Source of the DNA: a phage
Length of the DNA: 21,210 nt
Direction: 5' to 3' (one strand)
Assembly (NCBI GenBank): GCA_012690745.1
Contig: GCA_012690745.1_4086.5
This document shows positions 1 through 7,505 of this stretch, one piece after another. A program made the position numbers and the translations under genes. Position 1 is the stretch's first letter. The number at the start of each line of letters is the position of its first letter. Under the pieces are notes generated by a model that saw only the letters and a program-made list of their open reading frames with translations, made no database searches and was not told the DNA's origin.

Positions 1-207
1 TTTGATAAAGAAGAATTTGATAGCATCAAAATGCTAAAGAATTTATGTAACAATAAAAAGAATATGCATATATCAGAATTTGTTGCTTTGTATTTTTATT
101 TAAAAAGTTCATTGTATATGAACACGATGCAAAGATTCGATACTAGAATTAATGTATTCACCGATAAAGAATTTTATATATACGATAAATTCTTAGATAA
201 GGTTTAA
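1..207 (+). CDS. 3' end of an upstream gene, hypothetical protein (partial)
   Basis: Open frame from window edge to TAA at 205..207 (…NVFTDKEFYIYDKFLDKV*); stop lies 1 nt before the next ATG, consistent with the operon packing seen elsewhere. Confidence 0.45.
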   Translation, partial: FDKEEFDSIKMLKNLCNNKKNMHISEFVALYFYLKSSLYMNTMQRFDTRINVFTDKEFYIYDKFLDKV

Positions 208-208
208 T

Positions 209-706
209 ATGACAACTGTTTATATTGATAAACGATTAAATTTATTGATTACCGATTCTAGAGTTACGTCAACTATACCACGAAACTTATTTGGTTTTTT
301 CCCACTAAGACCAAAATATCAATATGGAGTTGTTAATCAAAAAACTTTATATGTACATGACCGTTTATTCAGTGCTAGTGGGTCAGTAAGTGAAATTGAT
401 AAAGTACTGGATTGGTTAATTAATAAAGTACCAGTTATACCTGACAGAAAGTTAAGTTGCCATTGTGTGCTTCTTTCTAAAGATTATGTTATTCATATGA
501 TTTTAACTAAAGGAAAGTTTATTAAAAAACTTGAATATCTACATGAAGACTACACTTTCTTTATGGGTAGTGGTGGAGAATACATGCTAGATGCTGCTAT
601 TCATGAAGAACATACAACTTTATATGATAAAGTGTTTAGTACTTTCATGGATGTGCATAACCATGATTGCTTCACAGATGATAATATTAATGTATATCGA
701 TTTTGA
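209..706 (+). CDS. HslV/ClpQ-like (proteasome beta-type Ntn-hydrolase fold) protein
   Basis: 165 aa. N-terminal MTT (Thr directly after Met as in HslV), internal SASGSV and a GSGG motif (FFMGSGGEY) spaced as in E. coli HslV (AGFAGGT … IAIGSGGPY), and similar overall length. Motif-level similarity only. Confidence 0.6.
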   Translation: MTTVYIDKRLNLLITDSRVTSTIPRNLFGFFPLRPKYQYGVVNQKTLYVHDRLFSASGSVSEIDKVLDWLINKVPVIPDRKLSCHCVLLSKDYVIHMILTKGKFIKKLEYLHEDYTFFMGSGGEYMLDAAIHEEHTTLYDKVFSTFMDVHNHDCFTDDNINVYRF

Positions 707-727
707 TTTCGTCATTAGGAGATGTAA

Positions 728-1693
728 GTGAAAAAGCTTGATTTAAATACAATTGCCGAAGAAGTTCTGGATGAATGTTTTGCTAATGAAGAAGTCAACA
801 CACTAGAAGCCTTAGATTTCGTTGAAGATAAAGATGAAAATGAAGGTAAAGTACAAAGCAGTTTCAAATATAATATTACACTTAAGCGACCACCAAATGT
901 TTCCAATGAAGATCTAATTCGTGATATTCAAGCTGGTATCAATGTAAAGAAAAACACTGAACTGTTAGTTCGTTACAATTATGGACTTATTATTGATGTA
1001 GCAAGTAAATGTACTTGTTATATCCCATTTGAAGATAAGATTTCATATGGTGTTGAGGGGTTCATGAGAGCACTAAAAACCTTTGATCTTAATAAGAATG
1101 TTAAGTTCATTACCTATGCTTCTTCTAGTATTTACATGACAGTTTATAACGAAAGTTCTGACGCTAACTATATGGTACACTTCCCACGTTATATGAGTGT
1201 TCATAAGATCAAAGTAAAAAGATTCTGCCAGGAATATATGCGTAAACATGGTGTTCGCCCAACTCCTGAAATAATCTCAGAGGGTACTGGGATTGAGATT
1301 CAGCATGTTAATAACTGTTTGTTATTTCAAAGCGAATACACTTCTCTGGATGCACCATTAGACGGTGTTACCGATGGTACACTAGGTGACATTATTCATT
1401 CACCTGCTTCTGATTTTAACCTCAATGTTGATAGTATTCGTGCACCTTTACGTTATGCTATCAATGAACTGACTAACGAATTGAGTACTAAAGAACGTGA
1501 GATTATCCATCGTGTTCATGGTCTAGGTGAATATGAACCTGAAACGCTTCGTGAGATTGCTGATAATGGTTTTGTTGATGATAATGGAAAATATGTTAAA
1601 TCCCGTTCATCAATACATCGAAAGTACAGTGAAGCTATGCAAAAGCTTAAGAAGCTAGTACTTGCAAAAGGGTACGAATACGAAGATTTCTAA
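728..1693 (+). CDS. sigma-70 family RNA polymerase sigma factor
   Basis: GTG start 7 nt after AGGAG (716..720). Acidic N-terminus; region 2 (LVRYNYGLIIDVASK … YGVEGFMRALKTFD … FITYASS); region 3 (FPRYMSVHKIKVKRFCQEYMRKHGVRPTPEIISE, cf. sigma70 IPVHMIETINKL…GREPTPEELAE); region 4 HTH (LSTKEREIIHRVHGL … TLREIADNG … RSSIHRKYSEAMQKLKK). Confidence 0.85.
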   Translation: MKKLDLNTIAEEVLDECFANEEVNTLEALDFVEDKDENEGKVQSSFKYNITLKRPPNVSNEDLIRDIQAGINVKKNTELLVRYNYGLIIDVASKCTCYIPFEDKISYGVEGFMRALKTFDLNKNVKFITYASSSIYMTVYNESSDANYMVHFPRYMSVHKIKVKRFCQEYMRKHGVRPTPEIISEGTGIEIQHVNNCLLFQSEYTSLDAPLDGVTDGTLGDIIHSPASDFNLNVDSIRAPLRYAINELTNELSTKEREIIHRVHGLGEYEPETLREIADNGFVDDNGKYVKSRSSIHRKYSEAMQKLKKLVLAKGYEYEDF

Positions 1694-1700
1694 AGAAAAA

Positions 1701-1727
1701 AGGTTGGCTTATGCCAACCTTTTTTTA
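1701..1727 (+). terminator. intrinsic terminator (variant of the repeated hairpin module)
   Basis: aggttggc-ttat-gccaacct followed by a 6-T run, immediately after the sigma factor stop codon. Confidence 0.7.
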
Positions 1728-1747
1728 TGGGATGAAGTAAAAGTTTG

Positions 1748-1756
1748 TGATATAAT
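1748..1756 (+). promoter_or_regulatory. extended -10 promoter (TGaTATAAT)
   Basis: tgaTATAAT at 1748..1756 with no good -35; predicted start near 1763 would drive the ORF-free segment downstream. Confidence 0.45.
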
Positions 1757-1762
1757 TATCTT

Positions 1763-2250
1763 GTACAATTCTGTTGGCATGATATTCATGTACCTGATCC
1801 ACTCGAAAACGTAGAGGGCAGTTGAGCAGTCCGACAGTGCGAACAGCAAAAGAAACCCGTTAGATGTGGGCATAGTTTGAACCCCTCACGGCAATGCGGC
1901 TGTATAAAGAACCACGTTAGGATAGCTGGTGGTTCCTTGATAGACATATAAGGATAACACCTTACGAATTATCTAAGGGAGAGTTATCGAATTTTGTACA
2001 GGAAAGTTGCGTCCAAAATTTGAGTACTCACATTAAGTATTTGATTGCATAGATACTTAATGAAGATACACTATGTTTAAAAGTGTAGACCGTCATATGA
2101 AACTGAAGTAGAGAGAAACAGGATGACCCGCTTTCGCACTCGTTATGAGTAATCTTCAATGCAATAGCTCTGATACCATCAGCGTCAAATTTCCCTCCTT
2201 GTGGGGGGAAGAAAAATCCCTTCCTCAAATCCCGTCAATATTAAAAGTCC
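1763..2250 (+). ncRNA. candidate structured non-coding RNA (family unknown)
   Basis: No + strand ORF longer than about 11 codons. Visibly more GC-rich than flanks (1800..1960). Perfect inverted repeats at 1909..1935 (gaaccac/gtggttc), 2031..2062 (cattaagtat/atacttaatg), 2191..2210 (ttccctcc/ggggggaa). Bounded by promoters on both sides. Confidence 0.3.
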
Positions 2251-2279
2251 TTGACAGTTATTGATCATTCGCGTAGAAT
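2251..2279 (+). promoter_or_regulatory. sigma70-type promoter TTGACA-17-TAGAAT
   Basis: TTGACA 2251..2256, 17-nt spacer, TAGAAT 2274..2279; upstream of the 2344..3569 operon. Confidence 0.6.
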
Positions 2280-2343
2280 ACGTAGTATTAGAAGCGAACA
2301 GACATCTCGAAGAGATGGATGATTAACCATTAAGGAATATCCA

Positions 2344-2553
2344 ATGAATTCAGTAATCTTTTTAGTAGTCGCTTTCTCTGTTAATTCCGGTATACAAATA
2401 ACCCCAATGAATTCCATGAATCAATGCATAGCAGTACGTGATAGTACATACGAACAAGTAAACAAAGATATTTGGATTACAGTTAATAAAGAACAAATGT
2501 GGTGTTACAATAGTAATACTAACACAAAGCTTATTGTAGGACAAACTCAATGA
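2344..2553 (+). CDS. hypothetical small protein with hydrophobic N-terminus
   Basis: ATG start; stop overlaps next start (ATGA at 2550..2553). MNSVIFLVVAFSVNSG resembles a signal or membrane anchor. Confidence 0.55.
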   Translation: MNSVIFLVVAFSVNSGIQITPMNSMNQCIAVRDSTYEQVNKDIWITVNKEQMWCYNSNTNTKLIVGQTQ

Positions 2554-2780
2554 GTTATGGTGTTCGTTTTGAGATTCGTTCTATTGTCATCGATGCAGAG
2601 AAACAAGTATCGTTAGATGGTGATATACGTGAAATTTATCTATCATGTATCCGTGCGAAATCTGAAGCAGATGCCTTAGTACAAATGTATAGTTTTAACT
2701 TTTCAAATGGATTCTATTTGGTACGAGTTGTTGAAGTTAAAAAAGTAATTCTTGGTTGTTGCATAGAAGGAATAATGTAA
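2550..2780 (+). CDS. hypothetical protein
   Basis: Translationally coupled on both sides (ATGA upstream; TAA then ATG at 2781). Confidence 0.55.
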   Translation: MSYGVRFEIRSIVIDAEKQVSLDGDIREIYLSCIRAKSEADALVQMYSFNFSNGFYLVRVVEVKKVILGCCIEGIM

Positions 2781-3569
2781 ATGAGCACTATCGATGAACT
2801 GATTCAACGGAATTCAAAATATTACCAACCATCAGAAATTGTGGATAACATTACTAAATCTGAGTTTGGACCGAACACACGCAAACTCATTCATGTAATG
2901 TCACGTGATGGCTTTAAATGTGATTGTTGTGGTGAATCAAATGTAGTATTCACTTTACACAAGCACAGTACTAAAGAACGTTATAAATTCAGACCTTATG
3001 TACTTAAAGGGAAACGCCTTGTACGCATGACGTTAGACCATAATGTACTGGACTGTCTTCAGGGCGGTAATGATAAAGAGAACATGACTGCACTGTGTGA
3101 AGATTGTAACGCATTACGCCAGCATAAGTTTGCTGAATACAGTGAGTTTAAACACTGGTATCATAACGCGGATCGTTCAATCGAGCCTGACGTTAACTAC
3201 TGCTTCATTGAGTACATTAAGAATGCCAAAGATACATACATTCTTAAATCAATGTCACCTATTACCGTGTTTCCTGAGAACCTATTCACTACATTAAAGA
3301 ATAGTTTTATTGTAGGTGATATTGATGCATTCAAGTATTTTGACAAAGGTGCAAAACATTTTGAAATTCAATGTCTTAGTACTGCACTATGTGAACTCAT
3401 TAAAATTTACATAAAAGAGTATTTGGGTATTGACAATGTACGTGTACCAGAGTATACTTTTTCTATTGAATTCGATTGTGAATCAATCAAAGAGTTTGGA
3501 ATTCTTTTCAATAAACAAATAGAACTTGCAATTCAAAACGAAATCAAGTACTATACTACTAACATTTAA
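2781..3569 (+). CDS. HNH-family endonuclease
   Basis: CDCCGES … MTLDHNVLDCLQGGNDKENMTALCEDCNALRQHK: DH-N, GG, N, Cys pairs and terminal H-K in the order typical of the HNH nuclease motif; C-terminal ~150 aa unassigned. Confidence 0.8.
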   Translation: MSTIDELIQRNSKYYQPSEIVDNITKSEFGPNTRKLIHVMSRDGFKCDCCGESNVVFTLHKHSTKERYKFRPYVLKGKRLVRMTLDHNVLDCLQGGNDKENMTALCEDCNALRQHKFAEYSEFKHWYHNADRSIEPDVNYCFIEYIKNAKDTYILKSMSPITVFPENLFTTLKNSFIVGDIDAFKYFDKGAKHFEIQCLSTALCELIKIYIKEYLGIDNVRVPEYTFSIEFDCESIKEFGILFNKQIELAIQNEIKYYTTNI

Positions 3570-3584
3570 TCAGAGGAAATTATC

Positions 3585-3767
3585 ATGCAAATCATCATTC
3601 TTATCGTTGGTATCATGTTGGGTGTTTATGGTCACTCATGGATGAACGAGAAGTTTCCTAATACGCGTCCTGAATATTGCAGTACTAATGTATTCCAGAA
3701 TGGTGAGAAACCAAAGGAAAGCATTGGTAAAAAGTTGGACAAAGTACTTGATGTAATCAACGAATAA
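3585..3767 (+). CDS. hypothetical small protein with N-terminal TM segment
   Basis: GAGGA 7 nt upstream of ATG; MQIIILIVGIMLGVYG hydrophobic N-terminus. Confidence 0.5.
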   Translation: MQIIILIVGIMLGVYGHSWMNEKFPNTRPEYCSTNVFQNGEKPKESIGKKLDKVLDVINE

Positions 3768-3777
3768 GGGGAATAAA

Positions 3778-3978
3778 ATGTTTAAACCGAATTCCAATGT
3801 TGGTAAGAAAGTTCAATTACTTGAAGATGTATCCACCATGAGTGGAATTTTCCCAAGAGGTCACATCATGACTATTATTGCCGAAACATCCCGTGGGTGG
3901 GATTTGGAAGATGCTGATGGTAATCGCATCCTTGAGGCTGGATTCTATGGTCATCGTGAATATAAAATCATTGATTAA
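3778..3978 (+). CDS. hypothetical protein
   Basis: AAGGGG upstream of ATG; 66 aa. Confidence 0.55.
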   Translation: MFKPNSNVGKKVQLLEDVSTMSGIFPRGHIMTIIAETSRGWDLEDADGNRILEAGFYGHREYKIID

Positions 3979-3987
3979 GGATACAAC

Positions 3988-4071
3988 ATGACTTTAGAGA
4001 TTGTCTTTGGTATTGTTAGCTTAGTCGTCTGTGTGGGTTGGTTTGGGTATCTGATGATTTTTGGTGATTAA
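3988..4071 (+). CDS. candidate 27-aa hydrophobic peptide
   Basis: AAGGA 6 nt upstream of ATG 3988; MTLEIVFGIVSLVVCVGWFGYLMIFGD is a single predicted TM helix. Below the ORF-track size cutoff. Confidence 0.35.
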   Translation: MTLEIVFGIVSLVVCVGWFGYLMIFGD

Positions 4072-4074
4072 TAC

Positions 4075-4102
4075 TTGACATAAGATATCAGTACTGTATA
4101 AT
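4075..4102 (+). promoter_or_regulatory. sigma70-type promoter TTGACA-16-TATAAT
   Basis: TTGACA 4075..4080, spacer ending gtactg, TATAAT 4097..4102; same spacer-end motif as promoters at 8385 and 18736. Confidence 0.6.
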
Positions 4103-4147
4103 GTTTATATCAAACGAAATCCACTTTAACAAATGATAGGAAATATT

Positions 4148-4426
4148 ATGTCTTTTTCTAAAGAAGAACGTGACCTTATTAAAAAAGCAATTTGGTTTTA
4201 TGCTAATGAAGGGAAGTGCGATGAAGAAAAAGCACGTGAACTGTGTAATATTCTTGAGAAGAAACAAGAACTGAAAGTGTATCGTATCCGTGATTTGGAT
4301 GAAGGGGATCGTATTGTCCTAGCTGAAACAAAAGAAGAAGCAGAACAAATCTTCACTGATAAAAACGAAAATCCACATTGGATGGAAGAAGTCTGTGATG
4401 TTAAAAAAGGTACTTATATCGTTTGA
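4148..4426 (+). CDS. hypothetical protein
   Basis: Track ORF starts at ATG 4133 without an SD; in-frame ATG 4148 has AGGA 8 nt upstream, so it is preferred (MSFSKEERDL…). Confidence 0.6.
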   Translation: MSFSKEERDLIKKAIWFYANEGKCDEEKARELCNILEKKQELKVYRIRDLDEGDRIVLAETKEEAEQIFTDKNENPHWMEEVCDVKKGTYIV

Positions 4427-4451
4427 CAGTACTGAATAATAGCAGTATTAT
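4423..4451 (+). promoter_or_regulatory. sigma70-type promoter TTGACA-17-TATTAT
   Basis: TTGACA 4423..4428, 17-nt spacer, TATTAT 4446..4451; overlaps the stop of the preceding gene. Confidence 0.5.
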
Positions 4452-4460
4452 GTTTTATAT

Positions 4461-4524
4461 AAAAGGGAATGCAGTGAAAGGAAAGACAGCATAATCGTAC
4501 TCGTCACTGCGTTTCCACCCTTTT
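4461..4524 (+). promoter_or_regulatory. structured 5' leader, possible attenuator or stability hairpin
   Basis: Nested inverted repeats aaaaggg (4461..4467) / ccctttt (4518..4524) and gcagtga (4471..4477) / tcactgc (4504..4510) enclosing a 26-nt loop; lies between the promoter and the RBS of the 4546 gene and is followed by TTTT. Confidence 0.4.
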
Positions 4525-4545
4525 AAATTAAATGAGGAATTAACT

Positions 4546-4854
4546 ATGTTTCAAACTAACACTCAAGGTTTTGTAATCATCGATTTGAACCAAAACAGCG
4601 GTTATTGGATGAAACCTACTGACGCATGTATGCAGTTTGATTTTTTAGGTTACAGGATTAGTGTAAGTACTGGTGCTTCTGTACTGAGAGGTGGTTGTAT
4701 CGTTGAACATCTGGTAACTGATCCAGAAGGTCGTGAGTATGAAATCGCAGGTTCAGTACAAGATGCCATTATGTTTGTATGTCAGCGTGAAATGAATGGT
4801 TCGAATTCAAATGCACTGACTCATGCTCTTTCTCAAGAAGTGGAGGTTCGTTAA
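4546..4854 (+). CDS. hypothetical protein
   Basis: GAGGA 7 nt upstream; first gene of a long coupled operon (TAATG overlap with next gene). Confidence 0.65.
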   Translation: MFQTNTQGFVIIDLNQNSGYWMKPTDACMQFDFLGYRISVSTGASVLRGGCIVEHLVTDPEGREYEIAGSVQDAIMFVCQREMNGSNSNALTHALSQEVEVR

Positions 4855-5105
4855 TGAAATATATCGTAGCAGTACTCGTTGCATTTTTACTCACTGCATG
4901 TGACGCTTCAACAAAAGAACGCACAAGTGATTTTATTCTCCCTATTGAATTACAAGAAGCAGGATGTAAGATTTATCGTATGCAAAAGGACGGTGCTGGC
5001 GTAACCTTGTATACAGTTTATTGCCCTAATGCAAATACCAGTACTGGATACAGCAGCGGTAAAACACGAATCAATACTTCAGTGATTAATGGAGTACAAC
5101 AATGA
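4854..5105 (+). CDS. putative lipoprotein
   Basis: MKYIVAVLVAFLLTAC: signal peptide with lipobox-like LTAC; ATGA overlap with next gene. Confidence 0.65.
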   Translation: MKYIVAVLVAFLLTACDASTKERTSDFILPIELQEAGCKIYRMQKDGAGVTLYTVYCPNANTSTGYSSGKTRINTSVINGVQQ

Positions 5106-5470
5106 GCCTTGATACAACCCGTGCAACAGATTTATTAACTCGTCTGAATGATGAAGAATATCTTGCTGAAATAAAGTACAAGCTTGAAAAACTGGCTCGA
5201 AGTGCTGAAGTAATTGAAGTTAAAGGTCATTTACCAATGGATCAATTCCATACGTTCAAAGAAGATATGGTTTATTATCCAAATGAAATTTGGATTGAGT
5301 GGGAACATTGGACTAACAAAACTCTACGCATTCAAGGTTATTGTGTGAATTATGAATCTGAACCTGGTGATGTTACAAAAACTCTCTCCATTTGGTGTAC
5401 AAAAACACATGAACTCGTTGAGGTGAATTTGAATTATATGAAAGGTTTCCGTTGGGGTGATGTTAAATGA
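5102..5470 (+). CDS. hypothetical protein
   Basis: ATGA overlaps at both ends; 122 aa. Confidence 0.65.
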   Translation: MSLDTTRATDLLTRLNDEEYLAEIKYKLEKLARSAEVIEVKGHLPMDQFHTFKEDMVYYPNEIWIEWEHWTNKTLRIQGYCVNYESEPGDVTKTLSIWCTKTHELVEVNLNYMKGFRWGDVK

Positions 5471-5742
5471 TTAAAAAACTCTTGACTGGAATCATTGTGT
5501 GCAGTACAATGTTTCTTACAGCATGTAATGATGACGGCAGGTTTAGTGCAAAAGACTTAGTTCGTCAGGATTGTACATTCACAGGTAAGTCTTTTATTAA
5601 CGAGTATGAAATATGCACACAATCAGGTCGTATCTGTGGTGGTTGGGAAAAACGTCAGGAGCGATTGTATGTATATGAATGCCCTGGTCATCTCAACAAA
5701 GTACTGAGCACTCACAAACTTGTTTATGATAAGGTTGAATAA
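5467..5742 (+). CDS. putative lipoprotein
   Basis: MIKKLLTGIIVCSTMFLTAC: second LTAC lipobox-like signal in this operon; several Cys in the mature part. Confidence 0.65.
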   Translation: MIKKLLTGIIVCSTMFLTACNDDGRFSAKDLVRQDCTFTGKSFINEYEICTQSGRICGGWEKRQERLYVYECPGHLNKVLSTHKLVYDKVE

Positions 5743-5957
5743 TGACTACCAATGAAATGATGCAGGTCATCTGGGATAAAGGTTGCGATCTTAAAATCAC
5801 CAGTACTGATGTTCGTGTATTCAAAACTGAATATATGGAGTACTTGGACCTTGATACTTATAATAATATTGTATCAATTGAACACAAAGGTGCAGTACTG
5901 GAAACAATTGACGTAGTACTGAAGAAAGCTACCGACCTATTAGGAGCGGCAGTGTGA
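5742..5957 (+). CDS. hypothetical protein
   Basis: TAATG coupling to upstream gene; 71 aa. Confidence 0.6.
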   Translation: MTTNEMMQVIWDKGCDLKITSTDVRVFKTEYMEYLDLDTYNNIVSIEHKGAVLETIDVVLKKATDLLGAAV

Positions 5958-6100
5958 ATAACAAAGAGTGGGAAGAGTACCGTAAGAAGTGCAGGGAGTT
6001 TGATAAAGAACTAACTGGTACAGTGAATGCAGTAATGTGGGTATCTGTAATTATTGCAGTTCTTGCGTTGGGTGCTATTATTATTAATAAATTATTCTAA
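5954..6100 (+). CDS. candidate 48-aa single-TM protein (GTG start)
   Basis: AGGAG (5942..5946) 7 nt upstream of GTG 5954; C-terminal WVSVIIAVLALGAIIIN is hydrophobic. Below the ORF-track size cutoff. Confidence 0.4.
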   Translation: MNNKEWEEYRKKCREFDKELTGTVNAVMWVSVIIAVLALGAIIINKLF

Positions 6101-6110
6101 GGCGAATATC

Positions 6111-6311
6111 ATGTTTACTTTATATCTCGCAGTAGTTCTCACCAATGGTGAAATCACTCGTACTATTGGTGAAGGTGTATATAAAACACCAGACCAGTGC
6201 TACTCTGCTACTCATTGGCCTCGCGATAGTGGGGATGAAACTCGCACTGAATTCAAATGCATGAAAGTAAAAGGTGATTTTGTTAACCTTAAGGTTATCG
6301 AGGCGAAATAA
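6111..6311 (+). CDS. hypothetical small protein with hydrophobic N-terminus
   Basis: Track ORF starts at TTG 6054; in-frame ATG 6111 with AAGG 8 nt upstream is preferred (MFTLYLAVVLT…). Confidence 0.5.
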   Translation: MFTLYLAVVLTNGEITRTIGEGVYKTPDQCYSATHWPRDSGDETRTEFKCMKVKGDFVNLKVIEAK

Positions 6312-6826
6312 TGGATATTAATGAGTTGTTGATCTTATTGTTTAATCGTGGAAATGATGTAAGACGTTCTGAATATCAAGACAAAATTCACATTGAAACT
6401 GATAAATGTTATGGTAAAACAACTCATGAGATTTTGAAGCCAAATGGCAAACGATATGCCGATGTATGTTTTCATGAACGAAGTGATGGTAGTGAAATAA
6501 TCAGTACTGAAATTGTGTTTTATGATAGATCCTCGGCAGGTTCGTATGAAATAGAACTTATATATTGTCCTGGTTCAGAAACACACAATAAACGTCAGAT
6601 ATTATATGATGTTTATTCACCTCCAGGTGTAGCTGAATATTTTGTTATTGATTACAGTACTGAAGAAAGTGTGTTTCAACAGAGCTTGATTCATAACTTC
6701 CAGTTGAATGATCCAAATGTACCAAAGTTGTTCAAACTACTCGATACTATCGATGTTGATTTTGAATTTGTTATGTGCATTAGAACTTCCTTGATCGATG
6801 AATTTATGGAACTACTTAATATATGA
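6311..6826 (+). CDS. hypothetical protein
   Basis: TAATG coupling; 171 aa. Confidence 0.65.
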   Translation: MDINELLILLFNRGNDVRRSEYQDKIHIETDKCYGKTTHEILKPNGKRYADVCFHERSDGSEIISTEIVFYDRSSAGSYEIELIYCPGSETHNKRQILYDVYSPPGVAEYFVIDYSTEESVFQQSLIHNFQLNDPNVPKLFKLLDTIDVDFEFVMCIRTSLIDEFMELLNI

Positions 6827-7044
6827 ATCGTTACTACATTGTGTATGAGCATGTATCTGAGTTTAATAATGTACGTGGTTATAAGAAAGAAGTACAGAAG
6901 ATTGATGTATTTGTTCGTGCATTAAGTCCAACACATGCACTATTTAAATTGTTTGATGAAGTAACTAAGTACAACACACCAAAAACACAACGCTATATTG
7001 AAACAGTACATAGTGTAATACTCACTGAATATGATGGAGAATGA
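6823..7044 (+). CDS. hypothetical protein
   Basis: ATGA coupling; 73 aa. Confidence 0.6.
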   Translation: MNRYYIVYEHVSEFNNVRGYKKEVQKIDVFVRALSPTHALFKLFDEVTKYNTPKTQRYIETVHSVILTEYDGE

Positions 7045-7047
7045 CAA

Positions 7048-7266
7048 ATGAATTTATATCTAGTTGAAGGGTCAGTACAAGTATCCAAGCAAGACGGAGA
7101 AGGGTATCGTTTTTCACATGTAGAATATTTTAAGTACGTAGTAAAGGCCGATGGTCAGTACGACGCAGAAATTCAGGTTGAAGAATCATTCCGTAAGAAG
7201 AATGATATTGGTAAATTTGAATACCAAGACTTACAATTCACTGTATGGCCTAGCATTAATGACTAA
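7048..7266 (+). CDS. hypothetical protein
   Basis: GGAGA 7 nt upstream of ATG; 72 aa. Confidence 0.6.
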   Translation: MNLYLVEGSVQVSKQDGEGYRFSHVEYFKYVVKADGQYDAEIQVEESFRKKNDIGKFEYQDLQFTVWPSIND

Positions 7267-7267
7267 G

Positions 7268-7474
7268 ATGTGGTGGTGTCATGGTGTCTACAATGTCTAT
7301 GAATATGGTAGATTCAAAATGAGCAGCACCTATGCCAGACGTGTTAATGCGAAAAACCAAGTTGATGCTGCTTGTGAGATTGTAGAGTGGTATGCAGAGT
7401 TCAATGCAATTGATTTTATGTACGAAATAGTTACAATAAATGTTGTACAAATCGATACATCTTTGATACAATAA
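7268..7474 (+). CDS. hypothetical protein (start uncertain)
   Basis: Track ORF 7151..7474 overlaps the previous gene; first ATG after the upstream stop is 7268 (MWWCHGVYNVYEY…); no clear SD, reinitiation assumed. Confidence 0.4.
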   Translation: MWWCHGVYNVYEYGRFKMSSTYARRVNAKNQVDAACEIVEWYAEFNAIDFMYEIVTINVVQIDTSLIQ

Positions 7475-7505
7475 CCACATCAAAAAATTGCATCTGAGGA
7501 TACTT

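Noticed and set aside
1763-2250. tRNA genes or a group I/II intron in the ORF-free segment
   Set aside because: No GGTTCRANYCC T-arm, no cloverleaf with acceptor stem could be traced, and no group I P7/R-S or group II domain V motifs were recognisable. The upstream sigma gene ends with its own stop and terminator, so it is not an interrupted exon. Kept only as a generic structured-RNA candidate.
4797-4812. tRNA-like ggttcgaattc motif
   Set aside because: Lies inside the coding frame of 4546..4854 and has no flanking stems compatible with a tRNA.
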